Shown here one piece after another: positions 13,506 through 27,100 of a stretch of DNA of 64,000 nucleotides. Source of the stretch: Mustelus asterias. Taxonomy: Eukaryota. The stretch spans positions 30,566,001 through 30,630,000 of the forward strand of contig NC_135828.1 of assembly GCF_964213995.1 (NCBI RefSeq), given 5' to 3'. The notes under the pieces were generated by a model, which was not told the DNA's origin, searched no databases, and worked only from the letters and a program-made list of their open reading frames with translations. Position 1 is the stretch's first letter. Each line of letters starts with the position of its first letter. A program made the translations under genes and the position numbers.

Positions 13506-16499
13506 GAGGTTGATCACTTGCCCAGACTGGTATATTCTAGGCAATGCTTTCGCGGGGAGTAGCATCTCATTCAACTGCTAATTATGTCACAGAGTGCCAC
13601 ATGGGTGTCAAGTTTGCAGTTGACGACATTTTCCAAATCAATCCCTTAACGCCGCACAATACACAGAGGATATTTTCAATGTGAAGACAGGACCATGGCT
13701 CCACAAGAACCGTGCGGTTATCAATCTTAACAATGCCATCTTGGAGAGAGACATGTGTGGCATAACTGGTGCGAGGACGAGGTCAATAAGTTTATTTCTC
13801 CTCCGCTCATTCCCTCATCACAATCCGTGCAGGGAATCTAGCAGCTATATTGTTCAGGACTTGGATAAAACGGTCAGAACTGATGTTTCCAAAGCAATCT
13901 TGCTGACCGACGTTCTCACCAACAGTGCATTCGGTGCCCTTGACAGCAAATCTTCCAATTGGTGTTCTGCATCAAGGATTTATTATTCATCAGCTGTTGG
14001 TGGAGTTTCTTCTGAGTTTCATACTTGATGGATATGAATTCATGAGCTCTGTAGTCATTGTTGTTGTCTCGCAGCGCAATTATACAATGACAACCTCTGG
14101 TGCACTTGTCCTGTCAGTGGGGCATACCAAGGGTTGGAGATGGTGACAAATCAGACATTGTCTATATGGTGTGTTTCCCTGTCAGGCATTTGCTCGACTA
14201 ATCTTCTGAACGACACTCCCAATTTTGGAACAGGCTCCCAGATAACTTTTCCACCTTTACAATGCCTGGTGTGCCATTTCCCATGTCGATGATGGGTTCT
14301 ACATTCAATTTGATTCCTTTTTAACTTGGTAGCAGATTGCCACAACTAAATTGCTTTCTAGGTCGACCACAATGCTTTGGATCTGGAGGCACATGTAGGA
14401 GATAAAAGTCAGGAGAGCAAAGTTCCTTCTCGGAGGGATATTATAGAACTAGATGTTTTACTGTTTTTAGTTTCAACTGCAATAAATAGTGAGTTCATGA
14501 TCATTGTTACTGAGGCTAGCTTTCACATTATTATTGGGAAACTAGCCTCAGGTTAGACATACCAACGAAATCTAATTTCCACACGTTTTCATGGTGAGAG
14601 CGGAACTCGTGTCCCCAGAACATTAGTCTGGACCTCTGAACCACCAGAAATGCAAAATACAAACGAGTCCATCCCTCCTACCCCCTGCACTTTGTACCTG
14701 GGCGATTTGCTTAGGCCTCTGTTAACAGCATGCTCCTTCGCTCCTTTTGCTGCAATTTCCTTCACACAACCTTCCTATTGGTTATGAACTTGGTAAATGT
14801 TATTCTCTGGCTATCGCGAACAGGGCACAACAAACATTCTTTGCAAATGATTTTCTCTAACCTAAATGGTACACGTAGAACATCAATAATGCTACCCGAT
14901 TGGAATGTTTCTGTTTTATCTGTAAGAGAATGAGCAGCATCATTGCACACGTAGGCCCACTCACCTCGGCCTTTAACAGCACTTGAGACAATCTGCACAA
15001 AATAGGAATTTATGAGGAGGAAGAGCAGACAGGCTCTCTGTTCCACCAATTCATTAAATAATGGCAGATCTGCTCGTTAACTCTTAGGATTATTCGATCT
15101 TTTCAGTAATGACCCAGCTTAATATCCCGGCTGGATGATGACTCTTTTTCAAAAGATTCCTCACGTGTCTCCTTCCAATCCTCGTTTTCATCCACCTCTC
15201 TTCCCAAGATATCCTTTTATTCCTTCCTCTTTCTTATCTGTATTCAGTGTCCCGCTTAAATACATAAGAAAGATTCACCTCAGCTGTGTCAGCCAGGTCC
15301 AGATTCCCACCATTCTCTGGAGAAAATAATGTTTTCCTGGATTCTCTATTGGATTGACTTGCGATTACCAAATAATGATACCTCCTAATTTGCTTGACAA
15401 TGCAAGCGGAAACATTGACTTTCCCCCTAACCGAAGCACCCCTTCAGAAGATTCACCAATTCAATCAGGCTCTCCGCCAATATCACTTTCACAGTAATCT
15501 CCTCGCCCAATCCCTGTGGTTACGAGATCCAGTTTCTCATCCGCTGTGGGGGAGCAGGTTTCTCCTCAACATCTGATTTGATTTGTCAATTACTGTTTAT
15601 ATTTTTGCTGCCACTAACAGTTCTGTTTTCCCGCAAAACTGGGAACATCTTATCGATGCATACCCCGCTAAAAGCTCCTTTTGAAGTGTAAATACCTTTA
15701 CCAAACCATCGGGCAGCCGTTTCTTTCCAATTTAATGGTTCCACCAGACGAGCTTTAGCCTATTGGCTCAGAATGAAAACTGGCAAAGGTCTGCTCAAAA
15801 CTGAAAAATTACATTTCATTGAATGTAAAGAGTACATGAGAATGTTATTGTCATAGATATCAGTGCACATGTATTCAATTCCCTCATTTAGCCATATTTA
15901 GAAAGTTGCATGCATTTACTACGTATTTCAGTAAGTCAGACATTTTTGTCAGAGGTCGTCTCTCTTACCCTTTCTCTATTCGCCGTATTATCAATTTGTT
16001 TAGCTATATCAAATGTATCAACTCTCTGTTGTAACTCCTTCCACTTTTTCTCTGTCTCCATATGTTCCCTGTCTCTCTGTTATTCTGAGGCAGGCTTTTC
16101 ACCCTCGTACTGCTGCCGCCATTATCTTCATCTGTCATTTGCTTCTCTCTCTTCACTTCCGACCTTCTTCTGTCTCTCTTATATCTAATTCTCGCTGCCC
16201 CATCATTTGGTTATTTTTCTTTGCATCTCTTGTGTGTCTATCCATCGCCATGCCTAATTGGATTCCCCCCTCTGCCTCTCAACCAACTTCTTTCATCCAC
16301 TGCCACAGTTTAGTTTTCTACCTCATTCCACCTCATTAATTTCTATTTTTCGGTTTGTCACTTATTTTACAGTCTAAATTCTTCCAATGCCCATACAGTT
16401 TATTGCCTCTGCCCCCTTCCTGCCGTGTGCTCTTGTGTGTGTCCTGGAATCATAGAACCCCTACAGTTCTGAAGGAGGCCATTCGGCCGATTGAGTCAG

Positions 16500-18805
16500 G
16501 TCTGATAAATCTGTTAGAGTTCCTTCAGGAGGTGACAATGCAGTTAGATAATGGAGAACAAGTGGACGTGATTTATTTAGATTTCCAGAAGGGCTTTGAC
16601 AACATGTCGCATGGGAGACTTTTAAAGATGTTAAGTGCCCATAATGTTAAGGGTAAGATGCTGGCATGGATAGAGGATTGACTGACTGGCAGAAGGCAGA
16701 GAGTGGGGATAAAGGGGTATTTTTCAGGATGGTAGCCGGTGACCAGTGGTGTGCCTCAGGGTCAGTGCTGGGACCAGAACTTTTCACAATATGCATTAAT
16801 GATTTGAAAGAAGGAACTGAAGGCACTGCTGCAAAGTTTGGAGATGGTGCAAGGATATGTAGAGGGACCAGTAGTATTGAGGAAGCAGGGGGCTGCAGAA
16901 GGACTTGGATAGGTTTGGAGAGTGGGCAAAGAAGTGGCAGATGGAATACAATGTGGAAAAGTGTGAGGTTATGCACTTTGGATGCAGGAATGGAGGCATA
17001 GACTATTTTCGAAATGGGAATATGCTTAGAAAATCAGAAACACAAAGGGACTTGGGAGTCATTGTTCAAGATTCTCTGAGGGTTAACGTGTAGGTCCAGT
17101 CGGCAGTTAGGAAGGCAAATGCACTGTTAGCATTCATTTTGAGACGGCTAGAATACAAGAGCAAGACTGTACTTCTGAGGACTTATACGCCTCTGGACAG
17201 ACCCCTTTTGGAGTATTGTGAGCAGTTTTGGGCCCCATATCTAAGGAAGGATGTGCGGCTTTGGAAATGGTCCATAGGAGGTTCTCAAGAATGATCCTTG
17301 GAACGAAGAGCTTGTCGTATGAGGAACGGTTGAGGACTCTAGTTTTGTATTCGTTGGAGTTGTGAAGGATGGTCAAAGAAGACAGAGGGTAGCAGTGGAA
17401 GGGTGAGTTTCTGAATGGAGGGCTGTGACAAGTGGTGTTCCTCAGTGTTTGCTGTTTGTAATATATATAAATGATTTGGATGAAAATTTAACTGGATTGA
17501 TTGGTAAGTTTGCGGACGACACAAAGGTTGGCAGATTTGTGGATAGCGATGATGGCCATTAGAGGATACAGCAGGATATAGATCAGTTGGAGACTTGGGT
17601 GGAGAGATGGCAGATGGAGTTTAATCCGGACAAATGTGAAGTAATGCATTTTGCAAGGTTTAATACAGATAGCAAATATACAGTAAATGGCAGAACCCTT
17701 AAGAGTATTGACAGGCCAAGGGATCTGGGTGTACAGGTACACAGGTCACTGAAAGTGGCAATGCAGGTGGAGAAGGTAGTCAAGAAGACATATGGCATGT
17801 TTGTCTTCATCAGCCGGCGTATTGAGTTTAAAAATTGGCAAGTCATGTTGACGCTTTATAGAACCTTAGTTCGGCCGCACTTGGAATATAGTTTTCAATT
17901 CTGGTCGCCACACTACCAGAAGGATGTGGAGGCTTTGGAGAGGGTACGGAAAATATTTACCAGGATGTTGCCTGGTATGGAGGGCATTAGCTATGAGGAG
18001 AGGTTGGAGAAACTTTGTTTGTTTTCACTGGAGGTGGTTGAGGGGAGACCTGATAGAAGTCTGCAAGATTATGAGAGGCATGGACAGAGTGGATAGTCAG
18101 AAGCTTTTTCCCAGGGTGGAAGAGTCAATTACTGGGGGGCATAGGTTTAAGGTGCGAGGGGCAAGGTTTAAAGGGGATGTACGTGGCAGATCTTTTACAC
18201 AGAGAATAGTCAGTGCCTGCAAATCGTTGCCGGGGGAGATAATGGAAGCAGACGGTAGTGACTTTTAAGGGGCCTCTTAACAAGCATATGAATAGGATGG
18301 GAATAGAGGGATGTGGTCCCAGGAAGGGTAGGGGGTTTTAGTTAAGTCACGCAGCATGGTCGGTGCAGGCTTGGAGGGCTCGGGGGCCTGTTCCTGTGCT
18401 GTAATTTTCTTTGTTCTTTGTTCTTTGATGAGCGGGGATTGTATTGAAACTTACAGGATACTGCGAGGCCTATATAGAGTGACGTGGAAAGGATGTTTCC
18501 AATAGTAGGAAAAACGAGAACCAGAGGACACAACCTCAGGCTAAAGGGACGATCCATTTAAACAGAGCAGAGGAGAAATTTCTTCAGCCAGAAGCGGCGA
18601 ATCTGTGCCGCAGAAGGCTGTGGAGGCCAGGTCTTTGAGTGTATTTAAGACAGAGATAGATAGGTTTTTGATTAACAAGGTTCTTGATTAAAAATGGGGG
18701 AAAGGGAGGAGAATGGGGATGAGAAATATATGAGCCGTGATTGAATGGTGGAGCAGATTCCATGGGCCAAGTGGCCTAATTCTGCTCCCATGTCTTATGG
18801 TCTCA
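16500..18805 (+). mobile_element. Decayed CR1 (16500-17370, resuming 18428-18805) hosting a second CR1 fragment (~17370-18427)
   Basis: DVIYLDFQKGFD; the host C-terminal sequence is broken and resumes (gggggattgtattgaaacttac) after the (tgttctt)n tail of the nested copy. Confidence 0.85.
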
Positions 18806-20289
18806 TGGACTTTCCAACAAAGTACCTTTCCCCAGAACGACCACCCCCTCCCCCGCCCTATCCCCATAACCACACCAATTTACCCCGCCAATCCCTCAAA
18901 CTTACTGGCGTCAGTCCCTCTCTGTCTCTCATTGTTTGTCTGTATTTCTTTTGTCTTTCTCTCTCAGCTCTTATTATCCGTCTTTCCTTTTTTATCTTTC
19001 CTGTTGCTCACTACATATTTTTTCTCTGTCCACTAATTTCGCTTCAAGTAACTCAATCTGATATGTAGCCTACTCCTGTGCTTTTTGGAAAAAAATAGCC
19101 TTCTACTCCGAATATTTATTTCAAGCAACATCCCAATTTTGAGATTATGAGCAAAACCAACTCTGAAATGGGGAATGGCAGAGTGGAATTTACTGATTGT
19201 CTGCAATACCATAACGTGTAATCTAATTGGTTAAACATATTGGCTCCGTTGGTGCCGAAACCTGCGACGAGCGATGCAGATTTTGACTTTCAGATTAACG
19301 TCCTGTGCCATTTATATTTCTTGCTCAATCATTTCTGGAAAACATTGAATCAGACGAAGACTAGAACTGGAATAAATCAGCGTTGCTCAGCTGCAGAAAA
19401 ATAAGTCAAACGGAAGTGGTGGGATGTGAACTTTTCAATGTTATGTTGCAGCCTTCAGTTGAAATGAGAAAGTCATGATTTCCAAAGTGGGTCACTGAGC
19501 AGGCGTTTCACTCAGTGGTTGAACGGAATGCAGTGCCTCTTGTTGTTGTGGTGTCTGTTTGGAAGCCAGTTCTTTCTGCCTGATTTCCTCCTCGTTGATA
19601 TTCTGTATGCTTGGTACAGCAGCTGCTGCCCCAATGGAAACTAAAGTAGTTGCTGGTTGAATTTCTTAAAGTCGCAGATCGAAATTCTTCTGCAGCTGAG
19701 CGCCCTTCTTATCAATGGTGCTTTATTTATTTAATTAAATCTGAATTCAATCTTAATTTGTTTATTCAGAATACCTTTCTTCAATCTTTATTTTTCTTCA
19801 ATACTTTCTTGATGTAAGTTTTCCTCTGCTTTTGTATAGTCAGCCCTTCGTGAAGTACTTGGTTTGAATTTCCTTTATTGGTTTGATTCTAACAATGTTG
19901 ACATTTGGTTAATTCATTTGATTATTTGAATCTCTCTCTTACATTAGAATGCAGCTCTCTCTCTCTCTCTGTCTCTCTCCTGGTTATTCCGTTGCATCAT
20001 ATCCTTGTCTTTAACTCTCTTTTATATTTCTTAGCTATTATTCTTTGCTTTCTTTTAACCGTTTGTTCCTCAAGCCATTTCTGCCATTGAATTCCCATTT
20101 GTGCCCAGCAATCCACCTTCCCACGTTTATCCACAGATCTCATCTCTTTTCCAGTTGTAAATCGTTCTGTCATGCCTCCTGTATTTCAGGAGTTCAAGAT
20201 GAATAAATTTGAGCGAATGTTGACATCTGCTGCTACCTGCTGTCCTCTCAAAACTGATATACAGAGACAGTAACAGAGCTGGAGACAAA

Positions 20290-23200
20290 GTGAGGGAGCA
20301 GTGACCACAATATGATAGAAATAACCCTGTAGTTTGAGGGGGAGAATCTGGAATCAAATGTAACAGTATTACAATTAAATAAAGGTAAGTACATCGGCAT
20401 AATGGATGATCTGACCAGAGTTGATTGGAAAGGGAACCTAGTAGGGCAGGGAAGACAGTGGAAAAGAAATGGCAGGAGTTTTTGAGAGTTATTCGGGAGG
20501 CGCAACAGAAATTCATCCGAAGCAGGAGGAAACATGCGAAGGGGAGGACGAGGTATCCATGGCTGACGAGGGAAGTCAAGGACAGCGTAAAAGCAAAAGA
20601 AAAAGCATACAAAGTGGCGAGGATTATTGGGAAGCCAGAGGATTGGGAAGCCTTTAAAAGTGAGCAGAGGAAAACAAAAAAAGCAGTTGGGTGTGTGTGT
20701 GGGGTGGGGGGGGGGGGGGGGGGGGGGAGGGCGTGGGGGGGAGGGTGGGGGTGGGAGGGTGGGGGGAGGGGGAGGTGCATCAGTCTTCATGGTGGAAGGC
20801 ACCAGTGGGATGTCGGAACTCCAGGAGAGTCAGGGGGCACAGGTGAGTGTAGTGGCCATCACTAAGGAGAAGGTTCTGGGGAAACTGAAAAGCCTGAAGG
20901 TGGATAAATCACATGGACCGGATGGACTATACCCCGGGGTTTTAAAAGAGATAGCTGAGGAAATTGTGGAGGCATTGGTGGTGATTTTTCAGGAATAACT
21001 GTAGGCAGGAGGGAGGGTACCAGAGGACTGGAAAGTAGCTAATGTAACACCGCTGTTTAAGAAGGGAGTGAAGCAGCAGACAGGAAATTACAGGCCGGTT
21101 AGCCTGATTTCGGTCATTGGCAAGGTTTTAGAGTCCATTATTAAAAATGAGATCGCAGAGTACTTGGAAGAGCATGAGAAAGTAGGACTGAGCCAGCTCG
21201 GCTTTGTCATGGGGAGGTCATGCCTGACAAATCTGTTAGAGTTGTTTGAGGAGGTAACAAGGAATTTAGATAAAGGAGAACCAGTGGATGTGATTTATTT
21301 AGATTTCTGGAAGGCCTTTGACAAGGTGCCACATAATAGCCTGTGAAATAAGTTAAGTGCCCATGGCGTTAGGGATAAGATCCTGGCATGGATAGAGGAT
21401 TGGCCGACTGGCAGAAGGCAGAGTGTGGGGATGAAGTGGTCTTTTTGAGGATGACAGCTGGTGACTATTGGTGTGGCTCAGGGGTCAGTGCTGGGACGAC
21501 AACTTTTCACAATATACATGATTGATGTGGAGGAAGGAACTGAAGGCACTGTTGCTAAGTTTGCAGATGATATAAAGATGTGTAAATGGACAGGTAGTAT
21601 TGAGGAAGCAGGGGGGCTGCAGAAGGACTTGACCAAGTAAGGAGAGTGGGCAAAGAAGTGGCAGATAGAATACAATGTGTAAAAGTGTGAGGTTATGAAC
21701 ATTGGAAGGAGGAATGGAGGCATAGAATATTTTCGAAATGGGAAAATGCTTCGGAAATCAGAAACACAAAGGGACTTGGGAGTTAATGTTCAAGATTCTC
21801 TTGAGGTTAACGTGCATGTTCAGTCGGCAGTTAGGAAGGCAAATGCAATGTTGGCATTCATGTCAAGAGGGCTAGAATACAAGAGCAGGAATGTACTTCT
21901 GAGGCTCTATCAGCCTCTGGTCTGACCCCATTTGGAGTATTGTGAACAGCTTGGTGCCCCATATCTAAGGAAGTGCTGCCTTTGGAAAGGGTCCAGAGGA
22001 GGTTGAAAAGAATGATCCCTGTAAATAGACCCTTAGACGAGGGAAGAGTGGAAGATGCAGTTTATATGGATTTCAGCAAGGCGTTTGATAAGGTGCCCCA
22101 TGCAAGGCTCATTGAGAAAGTGAAGGGGCATGGGATACAAGGGGACATTGCTGTGTGGATTCAGAACTGGCTTGCCCACAGAAGGTAAAGAGTGGTTGTA
22201 GATGGGTCTTCTTCAGCATGGAGATCGGTCACCAGTGGAGTGCCCCAAGGATCTGTTCTGGGACCCTTGCTCTTTGTGATTTTTATAAATGACCTGGATG
22301 AGGAAGTGGAAGGATGGGTTGGCAAGTTTGTTGATGACACAATGTTTGGTGGGGTTGTGGATAGTGCAGAGGGATGTCAGCAGTTGCAACGAGGCATAGA
22401 TAAGATGCAAGACTGGGCGGAGAAGTGGCAGATGGGCTTCAACCCAGATAAGTGTGTGGTCGTTCATTTCGGCAGTTCGAATAGGATGAAGAATATAATA
22501 TTAAGGGTAAGACGCTTGGCAGTGTGGAAGATCAGAAGGATCTTCGGGTCGGTTCATAGGACGCTCAAGGCAGCTTCGCAGGTAGAGGCTGTGGTTAAGA
22601 AGGCATATGGAATACGGGCCTTCATCAATAGAGGAATTGAGTTTAGAAATCGGGAGATAATGCTGCAGCTGTATAGGACCCTGGTCAGACCCCACCTGGA
22701 GTACTGTGCCCAGTTCTGGTCGCCTCATTACAGAAAGGATGTGGAAGCCAAAGAAATGTTGCAGAGGAGATTTACAAGGATGTGGCCTGGATTAGGTGGC
22801 ATGCCTTATGAGGATAGGTTGAGAGAGCTAGGTATTTTCTCCTTGGAGAGGCGAAGGATGAGAGGTGACCTGATAGAGGTGTATAAGATGTTGAGGAGTA
22901 TTGATAGAGTTGATTCTTAGAGGCTTTTACCCAGGGCTGAAATGGTTGCCACAAGAGGTCACAGGTTTAGGGTGCTGGGGAGTAGGTACAGAGGAGATGT
23001 TCGGGTAAGTTTTTCACTCAGAGGGTGGTGGGTGCGTGGAATCGGCTGCCGGTAGTGGTGGTGGAGGCGGAATCGATCGGGTCTTTTCAGAGACTTTTGG
23101 ATAAGTTCATGGAAGTTGGTAAGATAGAGGATTATAGGTAAGCCTAGTAGGTCGGGACATGTTCGGCGCAACTTGTGGGCCGAAGGGCCTGTTTGTGCTG

Positions 23201-23680
23201 TAGCTTTTCTATGTTCTATGTTCTATGAAGAGCTTGTCGTATGTGGAACGTTTGAGGACTCTGGGTTTTAACTCGTTGGAGTTTAGAAGGGTGAGGGGGG
23301 ATCTTATTGAAACTTACAGCGTACTGCGAGGCCTGGATAGAGTAGACGTGGAGACGATGTTTCCAGTAGTAGGAAAAACTAGAACCAGAGGACACAACTT
23401 CAGGCTAAAGGGACGATGCTTTGAAACAGCGCTGAGGAAGAATTTATTCAGCCAGAAGTGATATATCTGTGGATCTCTTTACCGCAGAAGGTTGTGGAGG
23501 CCAGGTCATTGAGTGTCTTTAAGACAGAGATAGATAGGTTCTTGATTAACAAGGGGGGCAGAGGTTGTTGGCAAAAAGGGAGGGGAATGGGAATGAGAAA
23601 AATATCAGCCCTGATTGAATGGCGGAGCAGACTCAATGGGACGAGTGGCCTAATTCTGCTCCTATGTCTTATGGTCTTAT
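20290..23680 (+). mobile_element. Decayed CR1 hosting a nested CR1 (~22021-23225) and a G-rich tract (20691-20775)
   Basis: PWLTREVKD, GPDG, YRPVSL, DFWKAFD; nested copy ends in (ttctatg)3 and the host resumes at atgaagagcttgtcg. Confidence 0.88.
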
Positions 23681-23824
23681 GGAATGAGAGGGGAAAGAGA
23701 GAAAGAGAGAGATCAATAGATAGTTAGAAGGATATGCATAATGGATGACAAAATGATAGATGGTATATGAATCGAGAGAAATGGTAGATCGAATGCAGAA
23801 GATAGACAGAGATTATGACAAATC

Positions 23825-24140
23825 GGCGTCACGATGGCACAGTGTTGACCCCGGCGCCAGGGACCTGGGTTCAATTCAGGCCTTGGGCCATTGTCTGTGT
23901 GGCGTTTGTGCATTCTCCCCATGTCTGCGTTGGTTTCCTCCGGGTGCTCCAGTTTCATCCCACAATCCAAAAAATATGCGGGTTAGGTAGATTCGCCATG
24001 CTAAATTAATCCTAGTGCCAGGGGGATTAGTAGAGTAAAGATGAGGGGTTACGGGAATAGGGCCGGGTGGGATTGTTGTCGGTGCAGAGTCGATGGGCCG
24101 AATGATCTCTTTCTACACTGCAGGGGTTATATGATTCTAT
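23825..24140 (+). mobile_element. HE1-like SINE
   Basis: ggcacagtg...gggacctgggttcaattc, core tgtgcattctcccc, tail tatgattctatga. Confidence 0.85.
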
Positions 24141-27100
24141 GAAATAAAATGACAGAAAGACGAAGAGATGGACTTCCAGACGGCAAAGAAAATAAAGATA
24201 TGGTGTATAATGTGGAGGGGAGCTGACTGGTGGTAACCTGAGGGACGCCACACCTCAGCCGAGTGACATGCTGGAGAACTCTGGATAACCTCAGCGGAAT
24301 GGGAATTCAACGCACATTCGTTGTGGGCGCTTTGCAGTTTTAACCAGCCGTGTAGCCATCTTATGCCGACTCAAGTCTGATTATGAACACAGGAACATCA
24401 CAAGATAATATAGCAGTGGCAATGAATTTATGTAGCGTGTTCTTCCTCTTGACTAGCATGCATATTATCAAATAAACTGCGTTGATGTTCCGAATGATTC
24501 ATTCTCATACAACATCGTGGAAAATTAATACAACTTGTGTTCTGAACAAAAAAATGATCTGGTCCATTCCAAAAAAAAATCCTCCCAGTGTTCAAAGAAC
24601 ATCACATCTCGATGGCCTTTATTCTAAATTGAAGTTTCCACTGACTTACTCTGCCACCAGTTGTTTGCTGGCCCTCTTCCGGCCTATTAACCTGGCTATT
24701 TAATTCAAAGACCCCAGCATCTCAATTTTGCTTCATGTTTTTGGGAAATTAAAGTCAGTCATAGAAATAACGTGAGCGTTATCATATCTCAATGCTTGAT
24801 TCATTCAGAAAGTACATGTGAAAACCTCAAGCAGCTGAAATGTTTTTCCCTCTGTCACAGAAACAAAAGAACAGTTAAATCATAGAACAGTCGCACTGTT
24901 CCATTGTCTGCTCCCATGCTCTCTCCAGATTTAATCTAGGTAGGCATGCCCCTTTCATCTGACCTGTCAATTAAACTAATCAACCTCAATCCCGAAAAGC
25001 TCCCGACAGCGAGGAAAGGAGAAGAATTATCAAATGTCAGAAAGCTGCCGAGACACAGAACACACATCTCTGGTGCGTAGTTGTGAGAGTGCAGCTGCCA
25101 ACGTTTAAATAGGTCAACAGATGTAGCGAGAAAGAACAACAGCCGGATGTGTGGGCTTAACAGCAAACCAATCTGATCATCACACAGCACTTGCAGAAAA
25201 CCACACCGTATTTTTCCACTGATGCATTTGAGGCACGGAAGCAGGTGAAGTGCTACACTAGCAGAGTTGTTATGTTAAGAGATAATTCAGCAAAATACTG
25301 CTCTATTAATCTGGAGCCGGTACTTTTAGTTTACATCAAGGTCAGAACATACAATCAGATAACCACGAAAGCGGAGAAGGAGGCCTTTGGGCCTACGTGA
25401 CCTCAGCGGCTCTCTGAATGAACATTTCACGTCGTGTCATTCTCCTGCCCTCTACTTGTAACCCTTCACACTGCTCACTTTCAAACGATCACCTAATTCC
25501 CTCTTGAATGCCCTTTTTCAATCTGTTTCCTCACATTCCTGGGAATTACATGCTGAAACACTCGCTGTGTAAAAAGAAAGCAATGAACACCGTCCATCTC
25601 TTTGCACCCATTTCAGACGCCTCATGGTTCTGAATTCTTTTGATTTCCCCAAGGAAATGATTCCCAACTTCTCCAATCGTTCTTCGGAACTGAACATCTC
25701 AACCCTGCAATCATTCGAGAGAATATCTTCCACAAGTTCTCCAATATATTCAAATCCTTCCTAAAATGTGTTGTAAATAACCATGCGTAACACTCCAGCT
25801 GAGGTCTGAGTACTGTCTTATACAAGTTCAATATAACCTTCTGGCTCTTGTAATCCACAAATAAAACCGTGGATGTTGGATGCATTCTCATGTAATGTTT
25901 AATTATGAAATAAATTCGAATTTGAAAACAAATGCATCAATAATAGTGTTGACGAAACTTTTGAATTGTCCTTAAAATCCCCCTGGATCAGTGATGTCCT
26001 GTTTTGAGTAGAACCAGTTACTTTTATCCAGTTTGGCCCACATGTCAGTCCAGGCACGCAGCAATGCTGCTGATTCTTAACTTCCCTCAACATTGTTCAA
26101 ATTAGCCTTGCCTTCTCTAGTAATCGTTTGACCTGTTGCAAACTTTACTCTCAGGGTTCTCTACCTCATCCATTCAACTGGCATATGACCAATTGGGTGT
26201 GTGTGCTGGCAATATCCACGCCAGACACCTCATTAATATTTGTACATTTCCTAACACTCCGTGCTCCTGAATTCGAAGAAAATAGTAATGTTTTCGTAAT
26301 TCCTTCAATTTAGGCCGTCTCTTAATTTTTTTGTCGATTCTTGCAATTCCTGCTGTCTCTTTCAGCTGTGTACCTGTTGTGCAATTTCTCGTTTTACAAA
26401 CATCACTTAATCTTTTTATATTTGTTGGCATTCCATATGTATGCTCTACATTTCCTATAATTGCAGATTCTCCTGTAAAAACTGTACCTAATAGAATAAT
26501 AGAGTCATGGAAATGTTCTGGGCGGTAGGCGCTTGGTTTGTAGCTGTGTGAGTTACAACGCTTCAAGTGTCTCTGCTGGTATTATAAATGTTATGCTCAT
26601 CTACCAACACTGTTTCATGCCGTGAGTTGCAGATCCTCACCACCCTCTGGGTGCAAAAAGTAAATCTCTTTGAAAGTCCTCTGCAGATCTTTTTTCTTAG
26701 CCTGGATCCATATCCATTGCTCTGCTGAACCGGGGGGATTACGTTCTTTCTCTTCATTATGCTTGGTCTCAAATAATTTCAAATATCACAGATAGTTCTC
26801 TCCATAACATCCTGTGTTCCAATGTAAATAATTCTAGACCAATAAACTATTCTTCATCAGTAGAATTCTCGAGTTCAGGCAGCATATTCTTGAATCTATT
26901 TTTTCCCGCTGTGGTAATTATATGTTCTGACAGTTGTAATGATCAGAAATGTACAGAAACATCCAATGACGGTATATTTAGTAAATTAGAAAGTTTTTAA
27001 ATTTAATAGTGGGACCTGGGCCTTGCTGGCTGGCCAGCATTTATTTCCTATCCCGAGTTGTCCTTGAGAGGTGGGCTGCCTTCTCGAATTGCTGCAGTCC

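Larger units (their letters stand above)
8800..14400 (-). mobile_element. Old, highly decayed LINE remnant (about 8800-10150 and 13080-14400) interrupted by a younger CR1 and a SINE
   Basis: Degenerate antisense LINE ORF2-like segments with no open frame; boundaries approximate. Confidence 0.45.

Noticed and set aside
15730-15800. YWLRMKTGKGL resembling a V-domain C strand (possible inverted V 3' of C)
   Set aside because: No first Cys, no YxC, no RSS; the frame stops shortly after
19360-19400. Possible TRBC cytoplasmic exon (tttttctgcag|LSNADLFQF*)
   Set aside because: 12 kb from the TM exon, no similarity to basic TCR tails, and no canonical partner donor
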